A stretch of DNA of 64,000 bases, taken from positions 124,001 through 188,000 of the forward strand of contig NIVC01000655.1 of the NCBI GenBank assembly GCA_002269645.1, in the 5' to 3' direction. This document shows, in pieces, positions 52,069-64,000 of the stretch. A program made the position numbers and the translations under genes. How positions within the stretch are numbered: the stretch's first letter is position 1; every line of letters begins with the position of its first letter. The notes beneath the pieces are model-generated. The model was not told the origin of the DNA. It searched no databases and worked only from the letters and a program-made list of their open reading frames with translations. This stretch comes from Macrostomum lignano (lineage: Eukaryota).

Positions 52069-52789
52069 GGATGAAAGTTAGTCAAAACCAATTCATCGAT
52101 CGCTGTTTGGCTTGGTTTTGAAATCAATAAATACAACAATTTCTGTGTGTTGGACTTTTATAACAGAAGTCAACTGATTAATTAATCAATTTGGTCAAGC
52201 CAATACGGTTTGTTATTCTTGTCTGTCAAAAATTATATTTGTTATAAGTTAATATTATTTTTCTGTTTTTATACGTGAAGCAAGGATGCATGAAATTTTT
52301 TGTGGCCGGCAGTTGTTTTTTATTTTTCTGTCATAACCAAATAAATAAAACTCACTACTGTCCTATACCTCCTGTGTATCATCTGCTTGTCTACTACTTG
52401 ATTAATTTAGTAGTATAAATTGTATATCCGCTTACTTTTTTATGAATAGTTCAGACCGTAGATTCTGGAATAACTGGATGGGCCACTCAGCACATTTGCG
52501 TGCAAGCTACTTTCAGTTCAGTAGTAAGTTAAGCGGAAGCATTTTAATGTATTTTAAAGCCAAGGTTCATTTATTGGCTCTTACCCCCCATTTAACCTCC
52601 AACCGCGCCTTTCTTTCCACTCTACCCCCCACCCCGCCCGCCCCAATTTTTATTGCCTTTTTCGGAAATTCCAGCCCAAAGCGGCCATGTACATTTCAGT
52701 GGACTGGCTAATGTACATTATTGCTGAACCAATTAGCAAGTTGTTTACGCCTGCAAGCTTGGGCTTCTAAACTTATCGGTCATTTCAGC

Positions 52790-53624
52790 GGGACGCTTTC
52801 ATAAGACCTAAATTTCACAACGCCTAAAACCACCACACTTCACAACGCCTAAATTTCATATTGCCTAAATTTCACAACGCCTAAAATATTTGCACGCTCT
52901 TTCACATCACCTAAATTTCATATCGCCTGAATTTCACAACGCCTAAAATCAAAAGTGCAGCCTCCTTCACATCGCCTAAATTTCATATCGCCTAAATTTC
53001 ACAACGCCTAAAATATATGCAGCCTCCTTCACATCGCCTAAATTTCATATTGCCTAAATTTCACAACGCCTAAAATATTTGCACGCTCTTTCACATCACC
53101 TAAATTTCATATCGCCTAATTTCACAACGCCTAAAATCAAAAGTGCAGCCTCCTTCACATCGCCTAAATTTCATATCGCCTAAATTTCACAACGCCTAAA
53201 ACCGAAAATGCATCCTACTTCATATCGCCTAAATTTCATATCGCCTAAATTTCACAACGCCTAAAATCTTTGCTTCTCTCCTTCACATTCAGTTTTAGGT
53301 GTTGTGAAATTTAGGCGATATGAAGTTTAGGCGATATGAAAGAGCATGCAGATTTTTAGGCGTTGTGAAATTTAGGCGATATGAAATTTAGGCGATATGA
53401 AGTAGGATGCATTTTCGGTTTTAGGCGTTATGAAATTTGGGCGATATGAAATTTAGGCGATGTGAAGGAGCGTGCAGAAATTTTAGGCGTTGTGAAATTT
53501 AGGCGATGTGAATTTTAGGCGTTGTGAAGGAGGCTGCATTTTCAATTTTAGGCGTTATGAAATTTAGGTGATGTGAAGTCATGTGCTTTAGGCGTTGTGA
53601 AATTTAGGTCTTATGAAGCGCCCC
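52790..53624. mobile_element. Foldback-type non-autonomous element (Mutator-like), 835 bp
   Basis: Whole element is palindromic, built from 16-bp CCTAAATTTCACAACG-type units. Termini GGGACGCTTTCATAAGACC / GGGGCGCTTCATAAGACC; perfect 9-bp TSD CATTTCAGC (52781-89, 53625-33). Confidence 0.88.
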
Positions 53625-54900
53625 CATTTCAGCTGCCTTGTTTTTATAAAATAGCTTATGTATTCTTCTTTGCTACTGAACGGAAAGTAGAAAGCTGTTT
53701 TACTAAGTATATATGCCTGAGTGGCCCATCTAGTTATTTTAGTATCTGTGCTCAGTCTGAAACAAATGAAAATCTATTCATTTCCCGGCGTTGTAAATTC
53801 TGAATATCATTCTTGCTTGACTTTGCTTAGTTTCTGTGTCTGTCTGTCTGCCTCTCTGTCTGTCTGTCTGCCTGTCTGTCAGACGTCATAGTTCGTGTTA
53901 ATAATATATGTGATATGCACTCTTTGTTTTTTAAATTCATTTTGATGAAGTTTTCGTAATTTTTATTATTAATATATCATCGAGTATTAATATTATTATT
54001 AATATATCATCGCTAGTACTGCCGACTGTCTGTGGATTAGCTTTTTCATTTAAAAAAATATTTTACTGAGTAGTTGGTCAACTATTAATCCATTTTCATC
54101 GATTAAATGAATCTCTTACCTGCAATGGCTGCATCGTCAGTAGTATATAGTGCCGATGTGCATCCTGTTTTTTTCTCTATAAAAATCTATTCAGTAAAAA
54201 TCTTAACAAGTTGGTTTCCTCTTCCCATTACTCAATAATTTAACTAATGCTAATTCGTAATTAATGATAATTCTGTTATTTATAAATTATCGATTTGTAG
54301 AACTGTAGAGAATCGAATGTATGCAAATACTATAATTTTGATATAATAAATGCTTTAATCCCGGCGCTAATCTGGTATAAAAAGTTCTACTGGAAGCAGA
54401 GAGCAGCTTCTTGTCCGCACTTTGCACCATTTTTCTCTGCTTTACTCTGCCACTATTCTCAACGCTTTATTGTCCAATTTGCCGGCTTTTTTTATTTTCG
54501 TACTAAAATCAATAAAAACTACTGCGCTACTTACTGCAAGTAGCTGAAAAGGTTGGTAATAGCAAGAGTTATTTTTATCGGAATGTTCGTTTGAATTTTT
54601 TGCTTAAAAAATCTAATAAATTCAATACAGTGTCGCACAGTGGCCATAGGATAAGCAGGGATTTCTACAGGTATATTGCTATATGCTTTCTTGATTAAAA
54701 TTGAAGTTATACAAATACATATTGTCAATAATATTTTCGTTTTTTTACTTAAAATAAAATTTTGACATTTGCAACAGTCCAAATCTGGAATTGTCAATTT
54801 AAAAAACAATTGATATTTTTCAGACAGCTCTGCAATATCTTTTAAATAATTGTTGAAACTACTGGAGTATTGATTTTTCCTGCTTTGTGGAACAGAGGGC

Positions 54901-55137
54901 ATGCAAAACGCAACGGTTTGTACAATTCTTCAGATCTTAGAGATCTTAAGAGGTTCTCAAGCTTCATTCTTCAGTGAGTTTCGGCCATATGAGCGGCTGT
55001 TCCACTGGTAAAGAAAGAGCCTAACAGAAGTAGGCATGAACAGTCATATCTGTAGGTTAATTTTCGTCAATGATGTAACCGCCCTTGATGACCTCCGCTC
55101 CGCGGTGAGGAGGGCGTATGACCAAAGGGGGCAATGA
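54901..55137 (+). CDS. Putative small spliced ORF or 3' end of an unknown gene (62 aa), exons 54901-55007 and 55056-55137
   Basis: 48-nt GTAAGA...CTAAC...TGTAG intron; splicing makes TGG and an open frame MQNATVCTILQILEILRGSQASFFSEFRPYERLFHWLIFVNDVTALDDLRSAVRRAYDQRGQ*. No recognisable family. Confidence 0.35.
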
Positions 55138-55299
55138 CCGTAGGCTGCCTATGACCTGACGGACCTCCAGCACCAGACTGTCCCGCCAACATGACTTTTT
55201 TTCGTCAGTGTTTTTCCAAATGCTCGTAGCAGTATTATTTATGAGTATCAAATATAAAGCACACCTTGTTGAACAAGGGAAAGTTTTATTTTCACTATC

Positions 55300-55845
55300 C
55301 AGCACCTGTCTCACTCTAATCAGTACCTGTCTCACTCTAATCAGCACCTGTCTCACTCTAATCAGCAGCTGTCTCACTCTAATCAGCACCTGTCTCACTC
55401 TAATCAGCAGATTTCTCACTCTAATCAACACCTTTCTCACTCTAATCAGCACCTGTCTCACTCTAATCAGCAGCTGTCTCACTCTAATCAACACCTGTCT
55501 CACTCTAATCAGCACATGTCTCACTCTAATCAGCACCTGTCTCACTCTAATCAGCACCTGTCTCACTCTAATCAGCAGCTGTCTCACTCTAATCAGCACC
55601 TGTCTCACTCTAATCAGCAGCTGTCTCACTCTAATCAACACCTGTCTCACTCTAATCAGCACCTGTCTCACTCTAATCAGCACCTGTCTCACTCTAATCA
55701 GCACCTGTCTCACTCTAATCAGCACCTGTCTCACTCTAATCAGCACCTGTCTCACTCTAATCAGCACCTGTCTCACTCTAATCAGCACCTGTCTCACTCT
55801 AATCAGCACCTGTCTCACTCTAATCAGCACCTGTCTGACTCTAAC
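55300..55845. repeat. 21-bp minisatellite (CTGTCTCACTCTAATCAGCAC), about 26 copies
   Basis: Direct. Confidence 0.95.
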
Positions 55846-56679
55846 CAATTATGTTTCGATCAAGGGTCCTCTCGGTAGTCATAAAAAGACCCGACTACCG
55901 CCGCAGCACAGGAGTCACCTGATGTTCGCCTAGCAACCACTTTCCTTCTCTGCGAATCCCATGCTGATGAGAAACTCACAAATGAAAACATTTTCTTTTC
56001 AAGAAATCACTAAGGCGGAAACGAATATGTCAAAATTAAGATTTTGAATAAATAAATGGATTAACGATATAGTTATTAATATATTAATCACGGCATGTTT
56101 GTTCTCAAAGTTTATTATTAGAATAGGACAGTTAATATTTAGCAAAATAATTACCCATAAAGAATTTATGTCAAGAAGTTCTGAGTACAGCATAACAAGT
56201 AGCTTACATGTGGGTCTTAATTGCTTTGGAAAGATATGCAAAGGTGCAGACTACTTATAGTAATGTTTTTTGAGGAATTAGAGCTTAAAATCAATATTGA
56301 AACATCACAATAAAATGGATTGGACCTTGTGGTAAAAGAGCTGGCTGGAATGGAGTTAACGGAAATCAAGAAGCCCTACTAAAGCAATTTCTAAGAAAAT
56401 TCAAGTCACTCTTCAGCGGCTGACCCGGGGAAAAAACCCACCGGGAAAAAATCCCGGTGGTAAAAAAACCGAGCAACCGCGGGGCAGGGGGGATCGGAGC
56501 TCAGTAAGGTCAAAGCTGCAGCATCTCCCATGTTTAACACCTGATTCTTCATCAGCATGAGGCTACCTGGGTGCTATTCATCATTCGGTGACAGCCATCT
56601 GATTGTAAAATAAAATCAAGTACATTTCCCCTTGCTGACGACTCAATGCGTCAAGCAGACATTTGCTTAAACAGGCCAC

Positions 56680-59600
56680 CCCAGTCCAGAGTGACTTAAA
56701 CTTCCCTGCTACCTGAACCAGTCCAGAGTGACTTAAACTTCCCTGCTACCTGAACCAGTCCAGAGTGACTTAAACTTCCCTGCTACCTGAACCAGTCCAG
56801 AGTGACTTAAACTTCCCTGCTACCTGAACCAGTCCAGAGTGTCTTAAACTTCCCTGCTACCTGAACCAGTCCAGAGTGACTTAAACTTCCCTGCTACCTG
56901 AACCAGTCCAGAGTGTCTTAAACTTCCCTGCTACCTGAACCAGTCCAGAGTGACTTAAACTTCCCTGCTACCTGAACCAGTCTAGAGTGACTTAAACTTC
57001 CCTGCTACCTGAACCAGTCCAGAGTGACTTAAACTTCCCTGCTACCTGAACCAGTCCAGAGTGACTTAAACTTCCCTGCTACGTGAACCAGTCCAGAGTG
57101 GCTTAAACTTCCCTGCTACGTGAACCAGTCCAGAGTGGCTTAAACTTCCCTGCTACCTGAACCAGTCCAGAGTGGCTTAAACTTCCCTGCTACGTGAACC
57201 AGTCCAGAGTGACTTAAACTTCCCTGCTACCTGAACTAGTCCAGAGTGACTTAAACTTCCCTGCTACCTGAACCAGTCCAGAGTGACTTAAACTTCCCTG
57301 CTACCTGAACCAGTCCAGAGTGGCTTAAACTTCCCTGCTACCTGAACCAGTCTAGAGTGGCTTAAACTTCCCTGCTACCTGAACCAGTCTAGAGTGGCTT
57401 AAACTTCCCTGCTACCTGAACCAGTCCAGAGTGACTTAAACTTCCCTGCTACCTGAACCAGTCTAGAGTGACCTAAACTTCCCTGCTACCTGAACCAGTC
57501 TAGAGTGACCTAAACTTCCCTGCTACCTGAACCAGTCTAGAGTGACCTAAACTTCCCTGCTACCTGAACCAGTCTAGAGTGACCTAAACTTCCCTGCTAC
57601 CTGAACTAGTCCAGAGTGACTTAAACTTCCCTGCTACCTGAACCAGTTCAGAGTGACTTAAACTTCCCTGCTACCTGAACTAGTCCAGAGTGACTTAAAC
57701 TTCCCTGCTACCTGAACCAGTCCAGAGTGGCTTAAACTTCCCTGCTACCTGAACCAGTCTAGAGTGGCTTAAACTTCCCTGCTACCTGAACCAGTCTAGA
57801 GTGGCTTAAACTTCCCTGCTACCTGAACCAGTCCAGAGTGGCTTAAACTTCCCTGCTACCTGAACCAGTCTAGAGTGACCTAAACTTCCCTGCTACCTGA
57901 ACCAGTCTAGAGTGACCTAAACCTCCCTGCTACCTGAACCAGTCTAGAGTGACCTAAACTTCCCTGCTACCTGAACCAGTCTAGAGTGACCTAAACTTCC
58001 CTGCTACCTGAACCAGTCCAGAGTGACTTAAACTTCCCTGCTACCTGAACCAGTCCAGAGTGACTTAAACTTCCATGCTACCTGAACCAGTCCAGAGTGA
58101 CTTAAACTTCCCTGCTACCTGAACCAGTCCAGAGTGTCTTAAACTTCCCTGCTACCTGAACCAATCCAGAGTGTCTTAAACTTCCCTGCTACCTGAACCA
58201 GTCCAGAGTGGCTTAAACTTCCCTGCTACCTGAACCAGTCCAGAGTGGCTTAAACTTCCCTGCTACGTGAACCAGTCCAGAGTGTCTTAAACTTCCCTGC
58301 TACCTGAACCAGTCCAGAGTGACTTAAACTTCCCTGGTACCTGAACCAGTCCAGAGTGTCTTAAACTTCCCTGCTACCTGAACCAGTCCAGAGTGGCTTA
58401 AACTTCCCTGCTACGTGAACCAGTCCAGAGTGTCTTAAACTTCCCTGCTACCTGAACCAGTCCAGAGTGACTTAAACTTCCCTGGTACCTGAACCAGTCC
58501 AGAGTGACTTAAACTTCCCTGCTACGTGAACCAGTCCAGAGTGGCTTAAACTTCCCTGCTACCTGAACCAGTCCAGAGTGACTTAAACTTCCCTGCTACC
58601 TGAACCAGTCCAGAGTGGCTTAAACTTCCCTGCTACCTGAACCAGTCCAGAGTGTCTTAAACTTCCCTGCTACCTGAACCAGTCCAGAGTGACTTAAACT
58701 TCCCTGCTACCTGAACCAGTCTAGAGTGGCTTAAACTTCCCTGCTACGTGAACCAGTCCAGAGTGACTTAAACTTCCCTGCTACCTGAACCAGTCCAGAG
58801 TGACTTAAACTTCCCTGCTACGTGAACCAGTCCAGAGTGGCTTAAACTTCCCTGCTACCTGAACCAGTCCAGAGTGACTTAAACTTCCCTGCTACCTGAA
58901 CCAGTCCAGAGTGTCTTAAACTTCCCTGCTACCTGAACCAGTCCAGAGTGGCTTAAACTTCCCTGCTACGTGAACCAGTCCAGAGTGTCTTAAACTTCCC
59001 TGCTACCTGAACCAGTCCAGAGTGACTTAAACTTCCCTGGTACCTGAACCAGTCCAGAGTGACTTAAACTTCCCTGCTACGTGAACCAGTCCAGAGTGGC
59101 TTAAACTTCCCTGCTACCTGAACCAGTCCAGAGTGACTTAAACTTCCCTGCTACCTGAACCAGTCCAGAGTGGCTTAAACTTCCCTGCTACCTGAACCAG
59201 TCCAGAGTGTCTTAAACTTCCCTGCTACCTGAACCAGTCCAGAGTGACTTAAACTTCCCTGCTACCTGAACCAGTCTAGAGTGGCTTAAACTTCCCTGCT
59301 ACGTGAACCAGTCCAGAGTGACTTAAACTTCCCTGCTACCTGAACCAGTCCAGAGTGACTTAAACTTCCCTGCTACGTGAACCAGTCCAGAGTGGCTTAA
59401 ACTTCCCTGCTACCTGAACCAGTCCAGAGTGACTTAAACTTCCCTGCTACCTGAACCAGTCCAGAGTGACTTAAACTTCCCTGCTACCTGAACCAGTCCA
59501 GAGTGTCTTAAACTTCCCTGCTACGTGAACCAGTCCAGAGTGACTTAAACTTCCCTGCTACCTGAACCAGTCCAGAGTGTCTTAAACTTCCCTGCTACCT

Positions 59601-59950
59601 GAACCAGTCCAGAGTGACTTAAACTTCCCTGGTACCTGAACCAGTCCAGAGTGACTTAAACTTCCCTGCTACGTGAACCAGTCCAGAGTGGCTTAAACTT
59701 CCCTGCTACCTGAACCAGTCCAGAGTGACTTAAACTTCCCTGCTACGTGAACCAGTCCAGAGTGGCTTAAACTTCCCTGGTACCTGAACCAGTCCAGAGT
59801 GGCTTAAACTTCCCTGGTACCTGAACCAGTCCAGAGTGGCTTAAACTTCCCTGCTACCTGAACCAGTCCAGAGTGGCTTAAACTTCCCTGCTACCTGAAC
59901 CAGTCCAGAGTGGCTTAAACTTCCCTGCTACCTGAACCAGTCCAGAGTGT
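56680..59950. repeat. 37-bp minisatellite (CCAGTCCAGAGTGACTTAAACTTCCCTGCTACCTGAA), about 88 copies
   Basis: Direct; largest array in the window. Confidence 0.97.
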
Positions 59951-60010
59951 CGCACTGATAAGGCTGCAGCTTCAGACCTCCCCTATTGACTCCGATCGAG
60001 TTCAGTTAGG

Positions 60011-62367
60011 CTAGTTACAGAACTTCGATTCAACCCATTCGATCTTGACGCGTCCATCGGAGTTGAGGTTGGCGCCAGGAAGGGTGACGCAGCTGTGGCC
60101 AAAAAAGCATGCGGAGCCGCCACCGCCTGCAGCCTGTTTCGGGCCTTCTCCTCCAGTTCCGCCGCCACTGATACCGCCGCCTCCGCCTGAGGTTCCAAAG
60201 CGATAACCCGAGACTCCCTCTCCCATGGCGCCGCCGCCGCCACCACCGAAGCCGCCATCGCCAGAGCGCACCCCGATACTGCGAGCTCCTCCAAGCCATC
60301 CGTCCACGCGGCTCATTCCACCGCCGCCGTCACTTGAGCTGGGGGCGTTCGACGCACTGCCGCTCCAGCCAGCTCCGGGACCTCCAACATTACACGTATA
60401 CGAGCCAGATGAAAAGCGACTTACGGCCCGATGTCCCGGCCCGCCATTTTCACCTCCGGTTCCAATGTAGTCGGCAGCAATGTCGGATGTAAAGCTGCTA
60501 AGTCCCATCATGTTCGATTGCCCATCGTAGGCTAAAAAGTGGTGCATGCAATCACAATGTGACACAGCAATAGATTGTATAAATGTCATGATTACTTTGC
60601 AAAGCTCATATCACGACCTACCGCCCATAGAGCAGCACGCACCGCCTCCTCCGCCTCCACCAGCAGCAATGAGCAGGTTGTTGTCGCTCCGGTAAACGAA
60701 GCTGCCGCCGCCACCGCCTGCGCCAGAAAACGCTTGATCGGCCGCCTCACCCGCCTGACCCACAACAATGGCCAGCTCGGTTCCAGCAGTCAGGGTGAAG
60801 TTGCCAACAGCTGAGGCGCCTTTGCCTCCAGGGTAGCCCATTTTTTTCTCGGTCCCGCCTTTGGCACCGAGCGCTTCGATGCGGTAGCAGGCGGTGACGT
60901 TGATTCTGATGGACTGAACGTAACCGTTTCTTCCAACTCCAGTTGCTAAAATCAGTTCAGCCATGCGATACACTGTGATCGAGAAATAGCCAATTAAATT
61001 ATTTGTTCTAGTCGATAATTTGCTGAATAAAAATCGGCACTCGACTTCCCAGCGAAAGCAGACGGTATTACCAAGTAGGCAGCTCTTTGTTTTAGTTGGA
61101 GGCAGGCAAGGGGCTGTGTGCACCCTGCATTTTAAGCGGCATTGTCACACAACCGGAGAGAGGGATTACTGCCCATTCCGCCGACTCCCCTGAGCAGGCA
61201 CACAAGTGCGCGGATACGTACGCAGTCACTTTATATTATCGTTAGGCATGTACACTTCACTGTGCCTTGGGGGTTGGCCCTCAAGGCCGTTAATTGCACA
61301 AGAAGAGCCAAGCCGAGATTCCAATTTAGCCCCAAATTAATGTGACTGCACCTACGGCCCCCCTATTCTTGTCCAATTGGTATTTATAATTGAATTAACT
61401 GAAAGCTTGTCTAGGTTACTTATAAGTTTGCAGTAAAATCGATTGCTCACTTGCTATGGTACTCAGTAAAATATCATTTACAAAGTTTATACTGCAATAA
61501 AAAGAAGCTTTCGCATCGACTTACCGTTGAAAACTCGAGGCTTTGAACTGTACACCACCTGGTCAAAGTTGTCCGCCTTCCAGACCTTCACGCTGTCGCT
61601 TGGCCGGAACTCCCTGGCTACGAATGACTCCGGACTCAGGCTTGCATGGTTATTCGTGTTAGCAACCAGCACCTCGCACTCGTAGCGCCCACCCGTGGCG
61701 ACTTTCGCAACGGTGACAACGCAGGATTTTTCCTGGCACCGAGTGACGCAATGCAAGTCTGATTCAACGACGATTCCGGTGAGCAGCTCCGTGCTGATGT
61801 CGCTCGGGATGGTGATGGAGCCGCTGCTCACCAGAGAGTAGGAGCGCTCGGTGATGGCGCCGGAGGCTGCGGCTGAGCCCAGCACTGCAATGGGGTCGTT
61901 GAGGGTGAGACTGTCTGCAAGTAAAGAATTACAGTGGTTGGAACCGCAATGTCTTGACTTGATGAAGTTTTGTCTCCCATGCTGTTCCTGTCTCCCATGC
62001 TGTTCCTGTCTCCCATGCTGTTCCTGTCTCCCATGCTGTTCCTGTCTCCCATGCTGTTCCTGTCTCCCATGCTGTTCCTGTCTCCCATGCTGTTCCTGTC
62101 TCCCATGCTGTTCCTGTCTCCCATGCTGTTCCTGTCTCCCATGCTGTTCCTGTCTCCCATGCTGTTCCCATGCTGTTCCCATCTCCCATGCTGTTCCCAT
62201 CTCCCATGCTGTTCCCATCTCCCATGCTGTTCCCATGCTGTTCCCATCTCCCATGCTGTTCCCATGCTGTTCCTGTCTTCTCAATGTCTTCAGCGGTCGC
62301 ACTCACCCAGGAGCAGCTGGCCCAAAAGCAGCCGCAGCAGCTCGGATTGCTTGACTGCCAGCTTCAT
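60011..62367 (-). CDS. Predicted secreted protein, 440 aa: signal peptide, PAN/apple-like Cys region, ALK/LTK-type glycine-rich domain; exons 62367-62307, 61914-61525, 60972-60622, 60531-60011
   Basis: GYVQSIRI..YRIEALGAKGG..LAIVVGQAG..GAGGGGGSFVY..LLIAAGGGGGG..GGFGGGGGG..SGGGGGISGG..GRVKI matches the ALK/LTK Gly-rich pattern. All three introns are phase 1 GT-AG. Confidence 0.8.
61975..62275. repeat. 18-bp minisatellite (CCATGCTGTTCCTGTCTC) in intron 1 of the Gly-rich gene
   Basis: Direct. Confidence 0.92.
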
Positions 62368-63154
62368 CGCAGATGGGTAGTTGCTATGCAGATTTCTGGA
62401 TAGATGCAGTTTAGCTGCTGTCAGCTGCAATAAATTATCCCAGAGCAGGGAGAGGAGCTTCGGGGTGGCCGCTGATCAGGCAGACTGTTATATTTTCTCC
62501 GACTGAGTTCTCTTGCTGTCTGCCTGAGAGTCAGACCACCCCACTCCGCTGAATAACTGAATGCGTGAGTGGACTTTAAAACGATTCACAATAGGCTTTT
62601 GATGACATAAAAGGCTTGTGTTATCGCTAATCTCTGAGCTGCGCCTCACAATAGAAGAGAAACTTTGTGAGGCAGATGCACTCATGTCAGTTCATATTTG
62701 ATGGATTGTAATACCAGCCTGTTTATCCCACTATGTGCTGATTCGCAATCGCTATATTCTATATAATGCAATATGTTGTGCGTAGCCTTAAGGCCCAACA
62801 AGTGCTCTAACGATGCTGGCGTCAGTGTGACTTCTGTTCCACCCTCTAAACTGGCCTCAACACTGAGACAGGCTGATGAGGCATGCTACGAGTGTGCATA
62901 GTCAAGCAGTGTCCCGGCACAGATAGTTTTAAAAATTCTTTTTCAAGTAATATTTCACAATTTTCAGCCTCCCCATCGGTCTCTCCTGCAGAAAAATTTA
63001 ATGAAGCAATCATTGTTGGCTTAATTTTTTTGCTTCAATAAGTTAAATAATTATAAATTACGATTTTTTTCTCTTCATGCCATTTAACCAAGCTAGCATG
63101 AGCTCAGTCTGTTGCTTCTCACGCAACTTGATAAGAGAAAGTACAGTGCACCAT

Positions 63155-63600
63155 TAGTAGACCATTAGTATACCATTAGTGTACCATTAGTGTACCATTA
63201 GTGTTCCATTAGTATGCCATTAGTGTACCATTAGTGCACCATTAGTGTATCATTAGTGTATCATTAGTGTATCATTGGTGTACCTCTCCAGTGTACCTTT
63301 AGTTTACCATTAGTGTACCACTAGTGTGTCATTAGTGTGCGATTAGTGAACTATTAGTGTACCATTAGGTGTACCATTAATGTACTATTAGTGTGTCTTT
63401 AGTGTATCATTAGTGTATCCTTTAGTGTACCATTAGTGTACCATAAGTGTGTCATTAGTGTGCGATTAGTGTACCATTTTTGTGCCGTTGGTGTACCATT
63501 TAGTGTGCCATTCGTGTGAAATTAGTTTACCATTAGGTGTTCCATTAGTGTATTATTAGTGCATCATTTGTGTGCCATTAGTTAGTGCCTCATTAGTTTA
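63155..63600. repeat. Degenerate 11-bp repeat (GTGTACCATTA)
   Basis: Direct; a minus-strand GTAAGG donor-like site lies at ~63640. Confidence 0.85.
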
Positions 63601-64000
63601 CTATTATTGTATCATTAGTGTTGTAAAGCTCTTTTTACCTTACTGCGATATGTCTTCCACTAGTCTAGCTGTACAATGGAGATCGCCGTCAGGTATATAT
63701 TTTAACTGTCTTAAAAGATTTGAGAAAAAAAAACGATTTGAGCTTTCCATTTGTGAAGAACTGAGTTCTCCAAAGCGATCAAGCGAGCAGTGCCGCTTGA
63801 GGGGGCGGCCTCCGTGCTGGGGGCTCATTTAATACTCTCCGGCCGGCCGTCTCCGTCTGTCAACCGCTTCAGTCATTTTGCCGCCTCCCATTGATCTCCG
63901 TCTGCAATGGATGGTGGCAGCTGTAGTATCATTGCATGTCTTTGTTTTTATGCTACCATGGTACCTGTTCGAACTCGTAAGAAATTAGGGTTTAGTGGTC

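Noticed and set aside
54531-54902. 123-aa minus-strand ORF with a faint hAT C-terminal-like LLTI..TS stretch
   Set aside because: AT-rich, no diagnostic motif or TIRs; resemblance is too weak.
55872-55900. CGGTAGTC/GACTACCG hairpin as a Helitron 3' end or terminator
   Set aside because: Only an 8-bp stem, no CTRR terminus at the expected distance, and no second copy.
61487-62302. 271-aa ORF starting in the QEQHGR repeat
   Set aside because: Its first half is intron 1; the true exon 2 begins at the TTGCAG acceptor (61914), in phase with exon 1.
63640-63900. Possible terminal exon or short ORFs at the window end
   Set aside because: Several frames are plausible but none has recognisable homology, and the upstream context lies outside the window.

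Overview
Eukaryotic (metazoan) genomic DNA with GC-rich coding exons, GT-AG introns, AT-rich spacers and about 30 different tandem-repeat arrays. The style suggests a macrostomid-type flatworm, but that is inference only. Genes supported from sequence: the last exon of a GATA factor; a head-to-head pair of divergent SLC6-like transporters; six co-oriented minus-strand genes (BLOC1S4, RPS20, a MATH-BTB protein, SLMAP, a RING/TRIM-like protein, POLR2D); PIP4P/TMEM55; and a secreted ALK/LTK-type glycine-rich-domain protein with no kinase. Mobile DNA: a full-length 5.9-kb hAT transposon (14-bp TIRs, 8-bp TSD), a MITE of the same family, a 9-bp-TSD foldback element, two other palindromic MITE-like elements and two tRNA/CORE-like SINE copies. 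Top observations: (1) the hAT gene reconstructs to about 1,325 aa, with a signal peptide and a lamin-tail-like domain fused in front of the transposase, and one end of the element is itself a complete mini-transposon; (2) 12 of 18 predicted host coding introns carry their own unrelated tandem array; (3) the inverted SLC6 paralogs show patchwork gene conversion. All exon boundaries were derived by hand from splice consensus and frame continuity; no database searches were run.
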